NCBI GenBank assembly: GCA_037142615.1
Contig: JBAXAI010000026.1
Coordinates: 1-52,223 of the forward strand
Origin: Spirochaetales bacterium
GTDB lineage: Bacteria; Spirochaetota; Spirochaetia; JABEVK01
DNA: 52,223 bases
Direction: 5' to 3'
This document shows positions 20,752 to 28,791 of this stretch, one piece after another. The translations under genes and the position numbers were made by a program. Within the stretch, counting starts at the first letter, position 1. Each line of letters begins with the position of its first letter. Under the pieces are notes generated by a model that was not told the origin of the DNA, made no database searches, and worked only from the letters and a program-made list of their open reading frames with translations.

Positions 20752-22340
20752 GGCTTGGCTCCTTGGGTGCGGGTGGGTCGGCCCGAAAGCTCGCGGCTGT
20801 TGACGCTGATGTTGCTCGACTGGTAGGTGGCCACCGCCACGTAGTAGATCTGGTCGTTCGCCAGGCCGCTGATCGTCACCGAGGTGACCTTGCCGACGTT
20901 GAGGGGGCTCACTCCCTGCGCCGATTTGGTGTCGAGGTATTGCCCGGGGCGGGTGCCGAAAAACACCAGATAGCCGTCGACCTGGCCCTGCATCACGGGC
21001 TTCCAGCGCACTTCGAGGGTGCCGTTGCCAGGAAGCACTTCGAGGCCGGCGGGCGGCGGAGGCGGAAGGTTGGGCGAGGCGTTGACCGTCAGTTCCGAAA
21101 GGTGCGGCGACTCCTTGCCCGTGCCCGAGGGCAGAAGGTCGACCCGCAGCTGCAGGTAGCGGCCCGAAAGTTTGGTGAACAGCTTTTCGCCCGGCTCAAA
21201 CCGCATCCAACTGTCTTCTTCCTGATCGGGGACTTTTGCCAGGGACCTGTCGGTGCTGCCGTCGAAGTTCCACTGGTAGCGGATGCTTTCGGCCATGCGG
21301 TAGCTGTAGACCAGAGCCGTGTCGCCGGCTTGGGTGGCGCGGGCGGTGATACTCTCGACGAACGAGCCGGCGAATCGCAGATCGAAAATGCGGCTGATCG
21401 CGGTACCTTTGCTGGCGAACGTGGTCAGGTAACGGTCGGTCTGCGGCTGTTCCACGAAGTCGCGGGTCAAGCGCAGTTCGTCGAGAGCGCCGGAATACTT
21501 CCCGCCAAGGAGGACTTCGCCAGTGGTCTGGTTGCCGGTGACGAGGCCGTAAACCTGTCCGTCTTCGCGGCCCGACGGGGTCGCGTGAATCAGCGCCTCG
21601 GTGAGGCCGTCGATGGTGTATTCGAGCAGGCCGGTCGAGGCCTGATAGCGCAGAAGATGGTGGTGCCACTGGCGTGGAATCAGCGTCTTGTCGCCTGCCA
21701 GGCGCAGCGTCACGCCAGGTGTGGCGGGCGAGGTCGCAAAAAGGTTCTGCAGGGTCCACACGAGACGGGAGCCCTCAAAGCCCACCTTGAACTGCTGGGT
21801 TTCAAACGCACCTGCGGAGTTGCGCCCGCCTTGCCACGCGAAGACGGTTTCACCATCCTGCACTTCGGAGGGGTAGAGCCAGAACTCGAGGCTGAAGTCG
21901 CCCCACACCTGCTTCGCCGAGAACAGCGAGCCCGGTGTCGCCTGGAGCACGATGGGGTTGTCGCCCCGGAAGACCGCGCTGCCACCGCCAAGGGCCGCGA
22001 AGCCCCGCTTCACAACCGTTGTCGTGTCGGGTGCCGCGCTGACGGCGGCTTGGTAACGGCTGGCTTCGTCGCGCAGTTTGTCGTTGAAGTGAAGCAGCAG
22101 GTCGGTGTTGTCGTCGCCGGTGTACTCGGCTGCCTGCAGCGTCAGGTCGAGGTAGCCGTCGCGGGCGCGCTCAAAGCCGACTCCCTGCAACACGGGAAAG
22201 TCCTTCCAGCCGTTCTTGAGCCCAAAGTGGTAGGTGGAAGCCGAGGCCGCTTGAGCCGACAAAGCCGGGCCTCCGGCGAAGGTGAGCACGGCAAGAAGGA
22301 GGGCGAGGGCGGTCGACAGACGCAGAGTTGGTTTTTTCAC
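20748..22340 (-). CDS. Exported LamG-like jellyroll + fibronectin type III protein
   Basis: Signal peptide; FSLEFWLYP, WHHHLL and GALDELRL (LamG); C-terminal FN3-like W..V...DGYLVF.G...ISGLAND..YYVAV. Confidence 0.75.
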   Translation of the reverse strand: MKKPTLRLSTALALLLAVLTFAGGPALSAQAASASTYHFGLKNGWKDFPVLQGVGFERARDGYLDLTLQAAEYTGDDNTDLLLHFNDKLRDEASRYQAAVSAAPDTTTVVKRGFAALGGGSAVFRGDNPIVLQATPGSLFSAKQVWGDFSLEFWLYPSEVQDGETVFAWQGGRNSAGAFETQQFKVGFEGSRLVWTLQNLFATSPATPGVTLRLAGDKTLIPRQWHHHLLRYQASTGLLEYTIDGLTEALIHATPSGREDGQVYGLVTGNQTTGEVLLGGKYSGALDELRLTRDFVEQPQTDRYLTTFASKGTAISRIFDLRFAGSFVESITARATQAGDTALVYSYRMAESIRYQWNFDGSTDRSLAKVPDQEEDSWMRFEPGEKLFTKLSGRYLQLRVDLLPSGTGKESPHLSELTVNASPNLPPPPPAGLEVLPGNGTLEVRWKPVMQGQVDGYLVFFGTRPGQYLDTKSAQGVSPLNVGKVTSVTISGLANDQIYYVAVATYQSSNISVNSRELSGRPTRTQGAKP

Positions 22341-22372
22341 GGTTCCCTTGTAGATTCAAGTATCGGCAAATC

Positions 22373-24235
22373 ATGGCATTACCTCAAGAACCCCCGAGTT
22401 TCGAGGACCTCAAAGAGCGCGTGAAGGGCTTTCCTCAGGAACCCGGGGTGTACCTGATGCGCGGCGCCGAGGGCAACGTCATCTACGTCGGCAAGGCCAA
22501 GGTGCTCGTCAACCGCGTGAAGAGCTACTTCACCGGCGATAAAGACATCAAGACGCGCACGCTGGTGAGGCGCATCCACAACATCGAGTTCATCGTTACC
22601 GGCAACGAATACGAGGCGCTCATCCTCGAAAACGTGCTCATCAAAGAGCACAATCCCCGCTTCAACATCCTGCTCAAAGACGGCAAAAGCTACCCGATGA
22701 TCCGCCTGACCAAGGAGGAGTTTCCCCGGGTGTTCAAGACCCGCCGCGTGATCGACGACGGCAGTGACTACTTTGGTCCCTTCCCCAATTTGCACCATTT
22801 GGACCTGTCGATCGAGGTGGCCGACAAGTTGTTTCCGCTGCGTAAGTGCAAGGGACCGCTGAAGTTACGCAAGGAGCCCTGCCTCTACTACCACTTGGGC
22901 AAATGCCTGGGCCCGTGCATCGGCAAGGTCGATGAAGCCGCCTACCGCAAGCAGGTGAACAAGGTGCGGGGCCTGCTGTCGGGCCGCACCGCCGGGATTC
23001 AAAAAGACCTGACCACCGAGATGATGGCTGCCAGCGCCGACCTGCGCTTCGAGGCGGCTGCCGACATCCGCGACACGCTCAAGGCGCTCACCGAGCTCGA
23101 CGAGGCGCAGAAGATAATCGATATGAACCCTGAACAGCGCGACTACGTGGCCATGGTGAGCGAGAGCAACCAGGCGACGTTCGTGGTGCTGCAAATGCGC
23201 GGCGGCAAGTTGCTTGGCCGCGACCTGTTCCCCACCGAAATCTACAGTACCGACGACGAGGCCTTTGAGGAGTTCCTGATCCGCTACTACAGCGACCACG
23301 CGGTGCCGACGAGCGCGGTGTACCTGTCGCGTGTGTTCGAGGTGGGCAACCTGAGGCAGTTTTTCGAAGAGCACGCGGCGTCGCACGCGTTGCCTGCCCC
23401 CGAAGTTCTGTTTCCCGAGGCAGGTCGTCACCGGTCCATCCTGAACATGGCCAACGAGAACGCCACCATGGACCTCAAGAAGCGGCTCGAGACCGGCGGC
23501 AACCAGCATGCGCTCGTCGAGCTCAAAAAAGCGCTCAACCTGGCCAAGTTGCCGCACCGCATCGAAGGCTTCGACATCGCGCAGCTCGACGGCACCAACC
23601 CTGTGGCGTCGCTCATCAGCTTCTGGAACGGCAATCCCGACCGCAAGAATTACCGCAAGTTCCACGTCAAGAGCCTCGATGGCGCTATCGACGACTTCCA
23701 GTCGATGAAAGAGGTGGTGGCCCGGCGCTACAGCCGCTTGCTCAACGAAGGGGGCGAGATGCCCGACCTCATCATGGTCGACGGCGGCAAGGGCCAGGTG
23801 AACTCGGCCCACGCTGTGTTGCAGGCATTGGGTCTCGAGATTCCCCTCGTCGGCCTGGCTAAACGCGAGGAAGAACTCTTTTTGCCGCACACCAGCGACC
23901 CCATTATCCTTCCGCGAGGCAGTTCGGCGCTGCGGGTGCTGCAGGCGGTGCGCGACGAGACTCACCGCTTCGCCACCGGCTTCAACCAGAAGTTGAGGGC
24001 CAAAACGCTGAAACTCAGCACGCTCGAGGGGGTTCCCGGCATCGGCGACGTGCGCAGCCGCAAGTTGCTCACCGAGTTTGGCAGCCTGGAAGCGCTGGCG
24101 CTGGCCGACCCCACCGAGATCGCCCTGCGCGGTGGCATTGGCGAGGCGCTGGCAGAAACCGTGAAGACCTATCTGGTCGAAAAGGCCAACCGCACGCAAA
24201 CCGTCAAGGAGATGAAGAGGACGCGGCGGTCGTGA
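22373..24235 (+). CDS. uvrC: Excinuclease ABC subunit C
   Basis: GIY-YIG (PGVYLM...IYVGKAK), RIEGFDI, PDLIMVDGGKGQ, RDETHRFA and C-terminal HhH. Confidence 0.97.
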   Translation: MALPQEPPSFEDLKERVKGFPQEPGVYLMRGAEGNVIYVGKAKVLVNRVKSYFTGDKDIKTRTLVRRIHNIEFIVTGNEYEALILENVLIKEHNPRFNILLKDGKSYPMIRLTKEEFPRVFKTRRVIDDGSDYFGPFPNLHHLDLSIEVADKLFPLRKCKGPLKLRKEPCLYYHLGKCLGPCIGKVDEAAYRKQVNKVRGLLSGRTAGIQKDLTTEMMAASADLRFEAAADIRDTLKALTELDEAQKIIDMNPEQRDYVAMVSESNQATFVVLQMRGGKLLGRDLFPTEIYSTDDEAFEEFLIRYYSDHAVPTSAVYLSRVFEVGNLRQFFEEHAASHALPAPEVLFPEAGRHRSILNMANENATMDLKKRLETGGNQHALVELKKALNLAKLPHRIEGFDIAQLDGTNPVASLISFWNGNPDRKNYRKFHVKSLDGAIDDFQSMKEVVARRYSRLLNEGGEMPDLIMVDGGKGQVNSAHAVLQALGLEIPLVGLAKREEELFLPHTSDPIILPRGSSALRVLQAVRDETHRFATGFNQKLRAKTLKLSTLEGVPGIGDVRSRKLLTEFGSLEALALADPTEIALRGGIGEALAETVKTYLVEKANRTQTVKEMKRTRRS

Positions 24236-25389
24236 ACCTCACCTTGCACCAGCTCAACCGTGCCACGCTGGCCAGGCAACTTCTGTTACGGCGCGAGGAC
24301 CTTTCGGTCGTGGAAGCCGTGCGTCGCCTGGTCGGCCTCCAAGCCCAGGAACCCGCGTCGCCCTACTTGGCCCTCTGGAACCGGGTGAAGAGTTTTGACG
24401 CCGCCGAGTTTGATCGGGTTCTGGCTCAGGGGCAGGTGTACAAGTCGACCCTCATGCGGATCACCCTGCACAACGTGGCTGCTGAGGACTATCCAACCTT
24501 CTACGCGGCCATGCAGGCCAGCCTGAGGGCGTCCCGCGTGCACGACAAACGCTTTGCGCCGGCTGGACTGCCCCTGGAGGCGGTGGACCCCCTGCTGCAG
24601 GAACTCTGCGGCTTTCTGAGCCAGGACCGCACCGAAGCCGAAATTGTGGAGTGGCTGGCCGGCAAGGCGAACCCCGTGCCGATACCTGGTGACCCGAAGG
24701 TCGCGTGGTGGGCCCTTAAGACCTTTGGTCCTTGGACCCGGGTGCCAGGCGAGGGACCGTGGGCCTACCCCGGCGACCGGTATTCGCTCGCGCCTGTGTT
24801 CACCGAGGCGAAGGTCTCCGAGGTGCCGTTCGAGGCATCGGTACAAAGCCTTCTGCTGAGGTACTTGGCCGCCTACGGCCCGTCGTCGGCGCAGGACTTC
24901 GCGCGCTTCACCTTGCTGCGTTCGCCCGTCGTTTCGGCTGCGCTCAAGGCGTCGGCAGACCGACTGGTGCAGCTTCAAGGTCCGGAGGGCGAAGCGCTGT
25001 ATGACCTGGCTGGGGTCGAGCTCCCCGAACCTGACGCGTCAGCACCCGCACGCCTGCTCCCCCTGTTCGACAACCTGCTCCTGGGCCACGTCCATTCGTC
25101 GCGCGTACTCCCACCCGCCTACCGGCCTCGCGTGTCGAGGGTTAACGGCGACCTGCTGCCGACGGTGCTGGTCGACGGTTGGGTGGCCGGCGTCTGGAGA
25201 GTGTTTGGCGAAGGCCTCGAGGTGACGGCCTTTCGCAAGTTCACCGACGACGAGTGGGAAGCCGTGGCCAACGAGGCGGTCGCGTTGCGGAAGTTCCTTG
25301 CCACGCGCGAACCGAGAGTGTTTGTTCGCAGCCACCACTGGTGGGACAAGAACCTCCCCGGCGAGCAGACACGTATCTTCGCAGACTAG
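24232..25389 (+). CDS. Winged-helix (HTH_42) DNA glycosylase, AlkZ-like
   Basis: LNRATLARQLLL, GLQAQ (QxQ), MRITLH and RLLPLFDNLLLGH motifs; GTGA overlap with uvrC. Confidence 0.85.
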   Translation: MNLTLHQLNRATLARQLLLRREDLSVVEAVRRLVGLQAQEPASPYLALWNRVKSFDAAEFDRVLAQGQVYKSTLMRITLHNVAAEDYPTFYAAMQASLRASRVHDKRFAPAGLPLEAVDPLLQELCGFLSQDRTEAEIVEWLAGKANPVPIPGDPKVAWWALKTFGPWTRVPGEGPWAYPGDRYSLAPVFTEAKVSEVPFEASVQSLLLRYLAAYGPSSAQDFARFTLLRSPVVSAALKASADRLVQLQGPEGEALYDLAGVELPEPDASAPARLLPLFDNLLLGHVHSSRVLPPAYRPRVSRVNGDLLPTVLVDGWVAGVWRVFGEGLEVTAFRKFTDDEWEAVANEAVALRKFLATREPRVFVRSHHWWDKNLPGEQTRIFAD

Positions 25390-26057
25390 TGGCCGGAAAA
25401 GTACCAGTCCACGACGGCCCAGTGAGCGGGCGAGCCCGTGATGGCCGGGTCGAGCAGGTCATCGAGGTTCGTCGAGTCGCCGGCCGCCACCTCACCGACT
25501 GTGAACGGGACAGGGTCGCGCGTGGTGTAGTAGGTCTCGACCTTCGCGGTGTTCTTGCCGAGTTTGTCCTTTCCTGCCCACCAGTCGAAGGCCGAGAGCG
25601 CGGTGAAGGGATCGAGGAAGATAATGGTCGGTGGTAGGGCCCCGGCTTTCACAGCCAGCCCGTCGGCGATGCCTTGCGCCAGCCAAGCGCCGGCCGAGTG
25701 CGCATACAGCGTGCGTGCAATGGTGGGGTCCATCGTGGCGGCCAGCGACAAGCCCAGGTCGTACCCCGCTGCCGGGGCCGCGAGCCGGTCGGTTGCCGCT
25801 TCCTTCCAGTCGTAGGCCAGCCCACCTCGTTGGTCGGCCAGTGCTTTGGCCCACGTCGTCGAATCGTTGCCGGCCCCGTGGATGTACCAGACCGCAGCCG
25901 TCTCAAAGCCCACGTTCCGGTCGGCCAGCTCGGCCAGCGTCGGAAGCGTCACCGCTGCAGTGCACCCGGTGAGTGCCGCAAGGTTGAGTAGGGCAACCAG
26001 CGGACCCAAGAGGGCTGTGCGCAACGACTGCGGGGTTGTTTTGAACTTTCGCTTCAA
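25386..26057 (-). CDS. Putative lipoprotein alpha/beta hydrolase
   Basis: Lipobox LTGC; IHG, AHSAG elbow, LDP and a C-terminal His (PAHW). Confidence 0.6.
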   Translation of the reverse strand: MKRKFKTTPQSLRTALLGPLVALLNLAALTGCTAAVTLPTLAELADRNVGFETAAVWYIHGAGNDSTTWAKALADQRGGLAYDWKEAATDRLAAPAAGYDLGLSLAATMDPTIARTLYAHSAGAWLAQGIADGLAVKAGALPPTIIFLDPFTALSAFDWWAGKDKLGKNTAKVETYYTTRDPVPFTVGEVAAGDSTNLDDLLDPAITGSPAHWAVVDWYFSGH

Positions 26058-26081
26058 CGGGGAACTCTCCTTGTCAGCACC

Positions 26082-26804
26082 CTAACCAAACAGGTCGCCC
26101 TGCGCAGCCGGTGGCCGCGTGGCGGCCTCTTCGGCGACCAACCCATCATCATCTCTTGGTTCGGCAAAGTTTTCCAGCTCGCGAGGCCCTCCGCCCGCCA
26201 GCCAGCGCTCGGCGTCGGCCTCGGGTACGATGACCGGCATGCGCTGTTTGGCGTTATGGATGCGGTTCATCAGCGTATTGGCGGGTTTGGTCACGATCGT
26301 GAAGGTGAGTTGGTTGTTCCACACAGACCACAAGCCGCCCAACAGCATCACTTCACTGTCGGCCAGCCGCACCACGTAGGGCTTGGTCACCTTACCCTGA
26401 GGGTCGAGGTTGCCGGTACGGTCGAGGTGTTGGTATTCCCAAAAGCCGTTCACCGCGACCAAGCAGCGTTGGTTGGGTGCGGAGGCGCGGAACGAGGGTT
26501 TTTCAAACACCGTCTCGATGCGGGCGTTGAAGGTCATGCGCCGCAGCTCGTCGGCCCGCAAGGCATCGGCGTCGTCGCGGGCTGGCAAGTGTGCAGGAAC
26601 CAGCCCCCACGTGCCCAGGCGGACACGGGGAGCAACCGTGCCCGCAGCGGCCCGCGACATCAGCAACGGCAGGTGCGGAAACGCGTGCGCCTGCAACTTG
26701 GCTGCGGGACTCCAACCGTCCAGCAGCAAGGTGCCGTCCCCCGCCCAAAGGGCGAACAGCGCCGCCAGCGGCCCTTCGTTGCGCTGGTTGACGGCCAGGC
26801 ACAT
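26082..26804 (-). CDS. SOS response-associated peptidase / abasic-site processing protein (SRAP, YedK/HMCES family)
   Basis: N-terminal Met-Cys; WGLVP, FNARIET, RCLV...GFWEY and IH...RMPVI motifs. Confidence 0.9.
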   Translation of the reverse strand: MCLAVNQRNEGPLAALFALWAGDGTLLLDGWSPAAKLQAHAFPHLPLLMSRAAAGTVAPRVRLGTWGLVPAHLPARDDADALRADELRRMTFNARIETVFEKPSFRASAPNQRCLVAVNGFWEYQHLDRTGNLDPQGKVTKPYVVRLADSEVMLLGGLWSVWNNQLTFTIVTKPANTLMNRIHNAKQRMPVIVPEADAERWLAGGGPRELENFAEPRDDDGLVAEEAATRPPAAQGDLFG

Positions 26805-26806
26805 GT

Positions 26807-27352
26807 TTAGGGCTTCTTGGCAGCGTCGGGTTTCTTGGCCTTCATGTCACCCGGTGCTTTGTTCGGTTCGGCGGCCTTCATCATCGCGCCGACGGGTTTC
26901 TTGTCCTCTTCGGCCTTCAGGCGGTCCTTTTCGGCCAACGTCGTCTTTTTGAGCGTTTGGAAGGCGTCAGAACCGGGTTTGACGCCCAAGTCCTTGGCGA
27001 TGGCACCCCAGCCCTTGCCCTTGTTGGCCTTCCAACTCGCGCTCACCTGCGTCAGGGTCTTTTTGGTCGCCTGCGAAAGGTTCACCGCCAGCAAGATCTC
27101 GCCCGGCTTGAGGCCCTGATCCTTCAGCGCTTGCAGATCTTTCAGAGGAACCTTGTACTGGGTCGCTACCGACTGCAAAAAGCCGGCTGGGTCGGCGAGC
27201 GACAGGTCTTCGGCGTCTTGCAGCGCGTTGTCGAGCGTGGAGTCACCTGTGAGGAACACCGTGTCGGCTTGAGCCCACGCAGCGGGGGCAGACACCATCA
27301 GCAGCAACACGGCCATTGGCACCCACAGCTGCCGCTCAAAGCGAATTGTCAT
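26807..27352 (-). CDS. Hypothetical exported protein
   Basis: Signal peptide (AWA); GWGAIAKDLGVKPGS motif; Lys-rich tail. Confidence 0.7.
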   Translation of the reverse strand: MTIRFERQLWVPMAVLLLMVSAPAAWAQADTVFLTGDSTLDNALQDAEDLSLADPAGFLQSVATQYKVPLKDLQALKDQGLKPGEILLAVNLSQATKKTLTQVSASWKANKGKGWGAIAKDLGVKPGSDAFQTLKKTTLAEKDRLKAEEDKKPVGAMMKAAEPNKAPGDMKAKKPDAAKKP

Positions 27353-27384
27353 GGAAAGGCCTCCGCGACGAATATACTACCGGT

Positions 27385-28788
27385 TCAGGGTTTCCACACA
27401 GCGGTCGCCGCACCTTGGCCCGGCAGCGTGAGCGAAAAGCCGCCCTCACCCTGGGCGACCGTCACGGGTACCGACGCGGCGGTGAGGTTGGCGAACACCG
27501 CGACCAGCTTCCCGTCGGGGTTTCGGAAGGCCACGGCGATCACCTCGCTTCGGTCGCCGGACACCTCGACGCGCACGGCCCCCGGCTGAACAAACTTGCT
27601 GAAGTGCCCGAGGGTGTAGAACCCGGCCCGGTACGGCGTGGCGACGGTTTTGTTGCTGGTGTTCACCTTGATCAGGCCGTAGTTGGCGGTGTTGGGGTAC
27701 ACGATGGGACCGTTGATCTGGTCGAGGGCCAGGTTCCACCAGATGAAGCTTTTGCCGCCGAAACTGCAGATGTTCACCGCGTGCTGGATGCCGTCGGCGA
27801 ACTGACCGGCAAACTTGTCGCCGGCGATCCATTTGCCGCTGCCGCCCTCGGTGAACCACTGGCCTTTATCGGGGTATTCCGCAGCGAAGGTTTCCATCAC
27901 CTTCGAACTGCCGCCGTAGTAGTGCCAGGCCGTGCCCGCGATGTACTTGGCAGTGTCGGGGTCGTCGAGCATGGCCTCGGGGAACTCGGGTTTGTCCCAG
28001 TTGTGGTCGTACACCAGGATCTTGGTGTCGAGCTGCGCCTTTTCGAGGGCGGGACCGAGGGCCTCGCGCACAAAAGTGGCCTCCTCGTCGATGCTCCACT
28101 TCATGCCGGGGTAGGCCAGCGGGCCGTAATCCATTTCGTTCTGCGGTGTCACCCAGCGCACCGGCAGACCTTCGGCGGCGTAGCCCTGGATGAACTTGAC
28201 GAAGTACTGGGCGTAGCTTTGGTAGAACTCGGGCTTGAGCACCCCGCCGAACTGGCCGAGCATGGTGCCTCCGGTCTTCATCCAGGCGGGAGGGCTCCAA
28301 GGGCTGCCCATGAACCTCAGCTCGGGGTTGAGGGCCTTGGCCTGCTTGAGCAGGGGCAAGATGGCCTCGCGCTCGCGGTCCAGGCTGAACTTCTTGAGCT
28401 CGGGGTCGGTCTGCCCTGCGGGCAAGTCGTCGTAGCTGTAAACACTCTTGGCAAAGTCGGACGCGCCCATCGGTTGACGCAACAAGGAGATTCGCAGACC
28501 GTCCTTGCCGAAGAAGAGCTCCATCACCTTGTCGCGGTCGGCTTGGGGCAGTTTCATCAGCACGTACGCCGACGCGTCGGTCATCGAGGCGCCAAAGCCG
28601 TCGATGGTTTGAAAGGTCTTGGCAGGGTTCACCACGAAGGCTTGCGTTCCTGGCGCTGCGGGCGACCCGGGCGAAGGCGGCGGCAGTGGCTCGGTGCGGG
28701 CCAGCAGTTGCGAAGGGCTCGGCGAGTTGGAAGCGCTTGTCGGGTCGGTGATCCACAGCTGGGCGACAAGGGTCAGGGTGCTCATCAT
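27385..28788 (-). CDS. Glycoside hydrolase family 30 (glucosylceramidase/beta-1,6-glucanase-like)
   Basis: FQTIDGFGAS, MGASDF, SPWSPPAWMK, QNE, WFTE and GHFSKFV.PGA motifs. Confidence 0.9.
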   Translation of the reverse strand: MMSTLTLVAQLWITDPTSASNSPSPSQLLARTEPLPPPSPGSPAAPGTQAFVVNPAKTFQTIDGFGASMTDASAYVLMKLPQADRDKVMELFFGKDGLRISLLRQPMGASDFAKSVYSYDDLPAGQTDPELKKFSLDREREAILPLLKQAKALNPELRFMGSPWSPPAWMKTGGTMLGQFGGVLKPEFYQSYAQYFVKFIQGYAAEGLPVRWVTPQNEMDYGPLAYPGMKWSIDEEATFVREALGPALEKAQLDTKILVYDHNWDKPEFPEAMLDDPDTAKYIAGTAWHYYGGSSKVMETFAAEYPDKGQWFTEGGSGKWIAGDKFAGQFADGIQHAVNICSFGGKSFIWWNLALDQINGPIVYPNTANYGLIKVNTSNKTVATPYRAGFYTLGHFSKFVQPGAVRVEVSGDRSEVIAVAFRNPDGKLVAVFANLTAASVPVTVAQGEGGFSLTLPGQGAATAVWKP

Positions 28789-28791
28789 GGG

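Noticed and set aside
18424-22424. 800-aa and 553-aa plus-strand ORFs
   Set aside because: Antisense to the well-supported TPR and LamG genes
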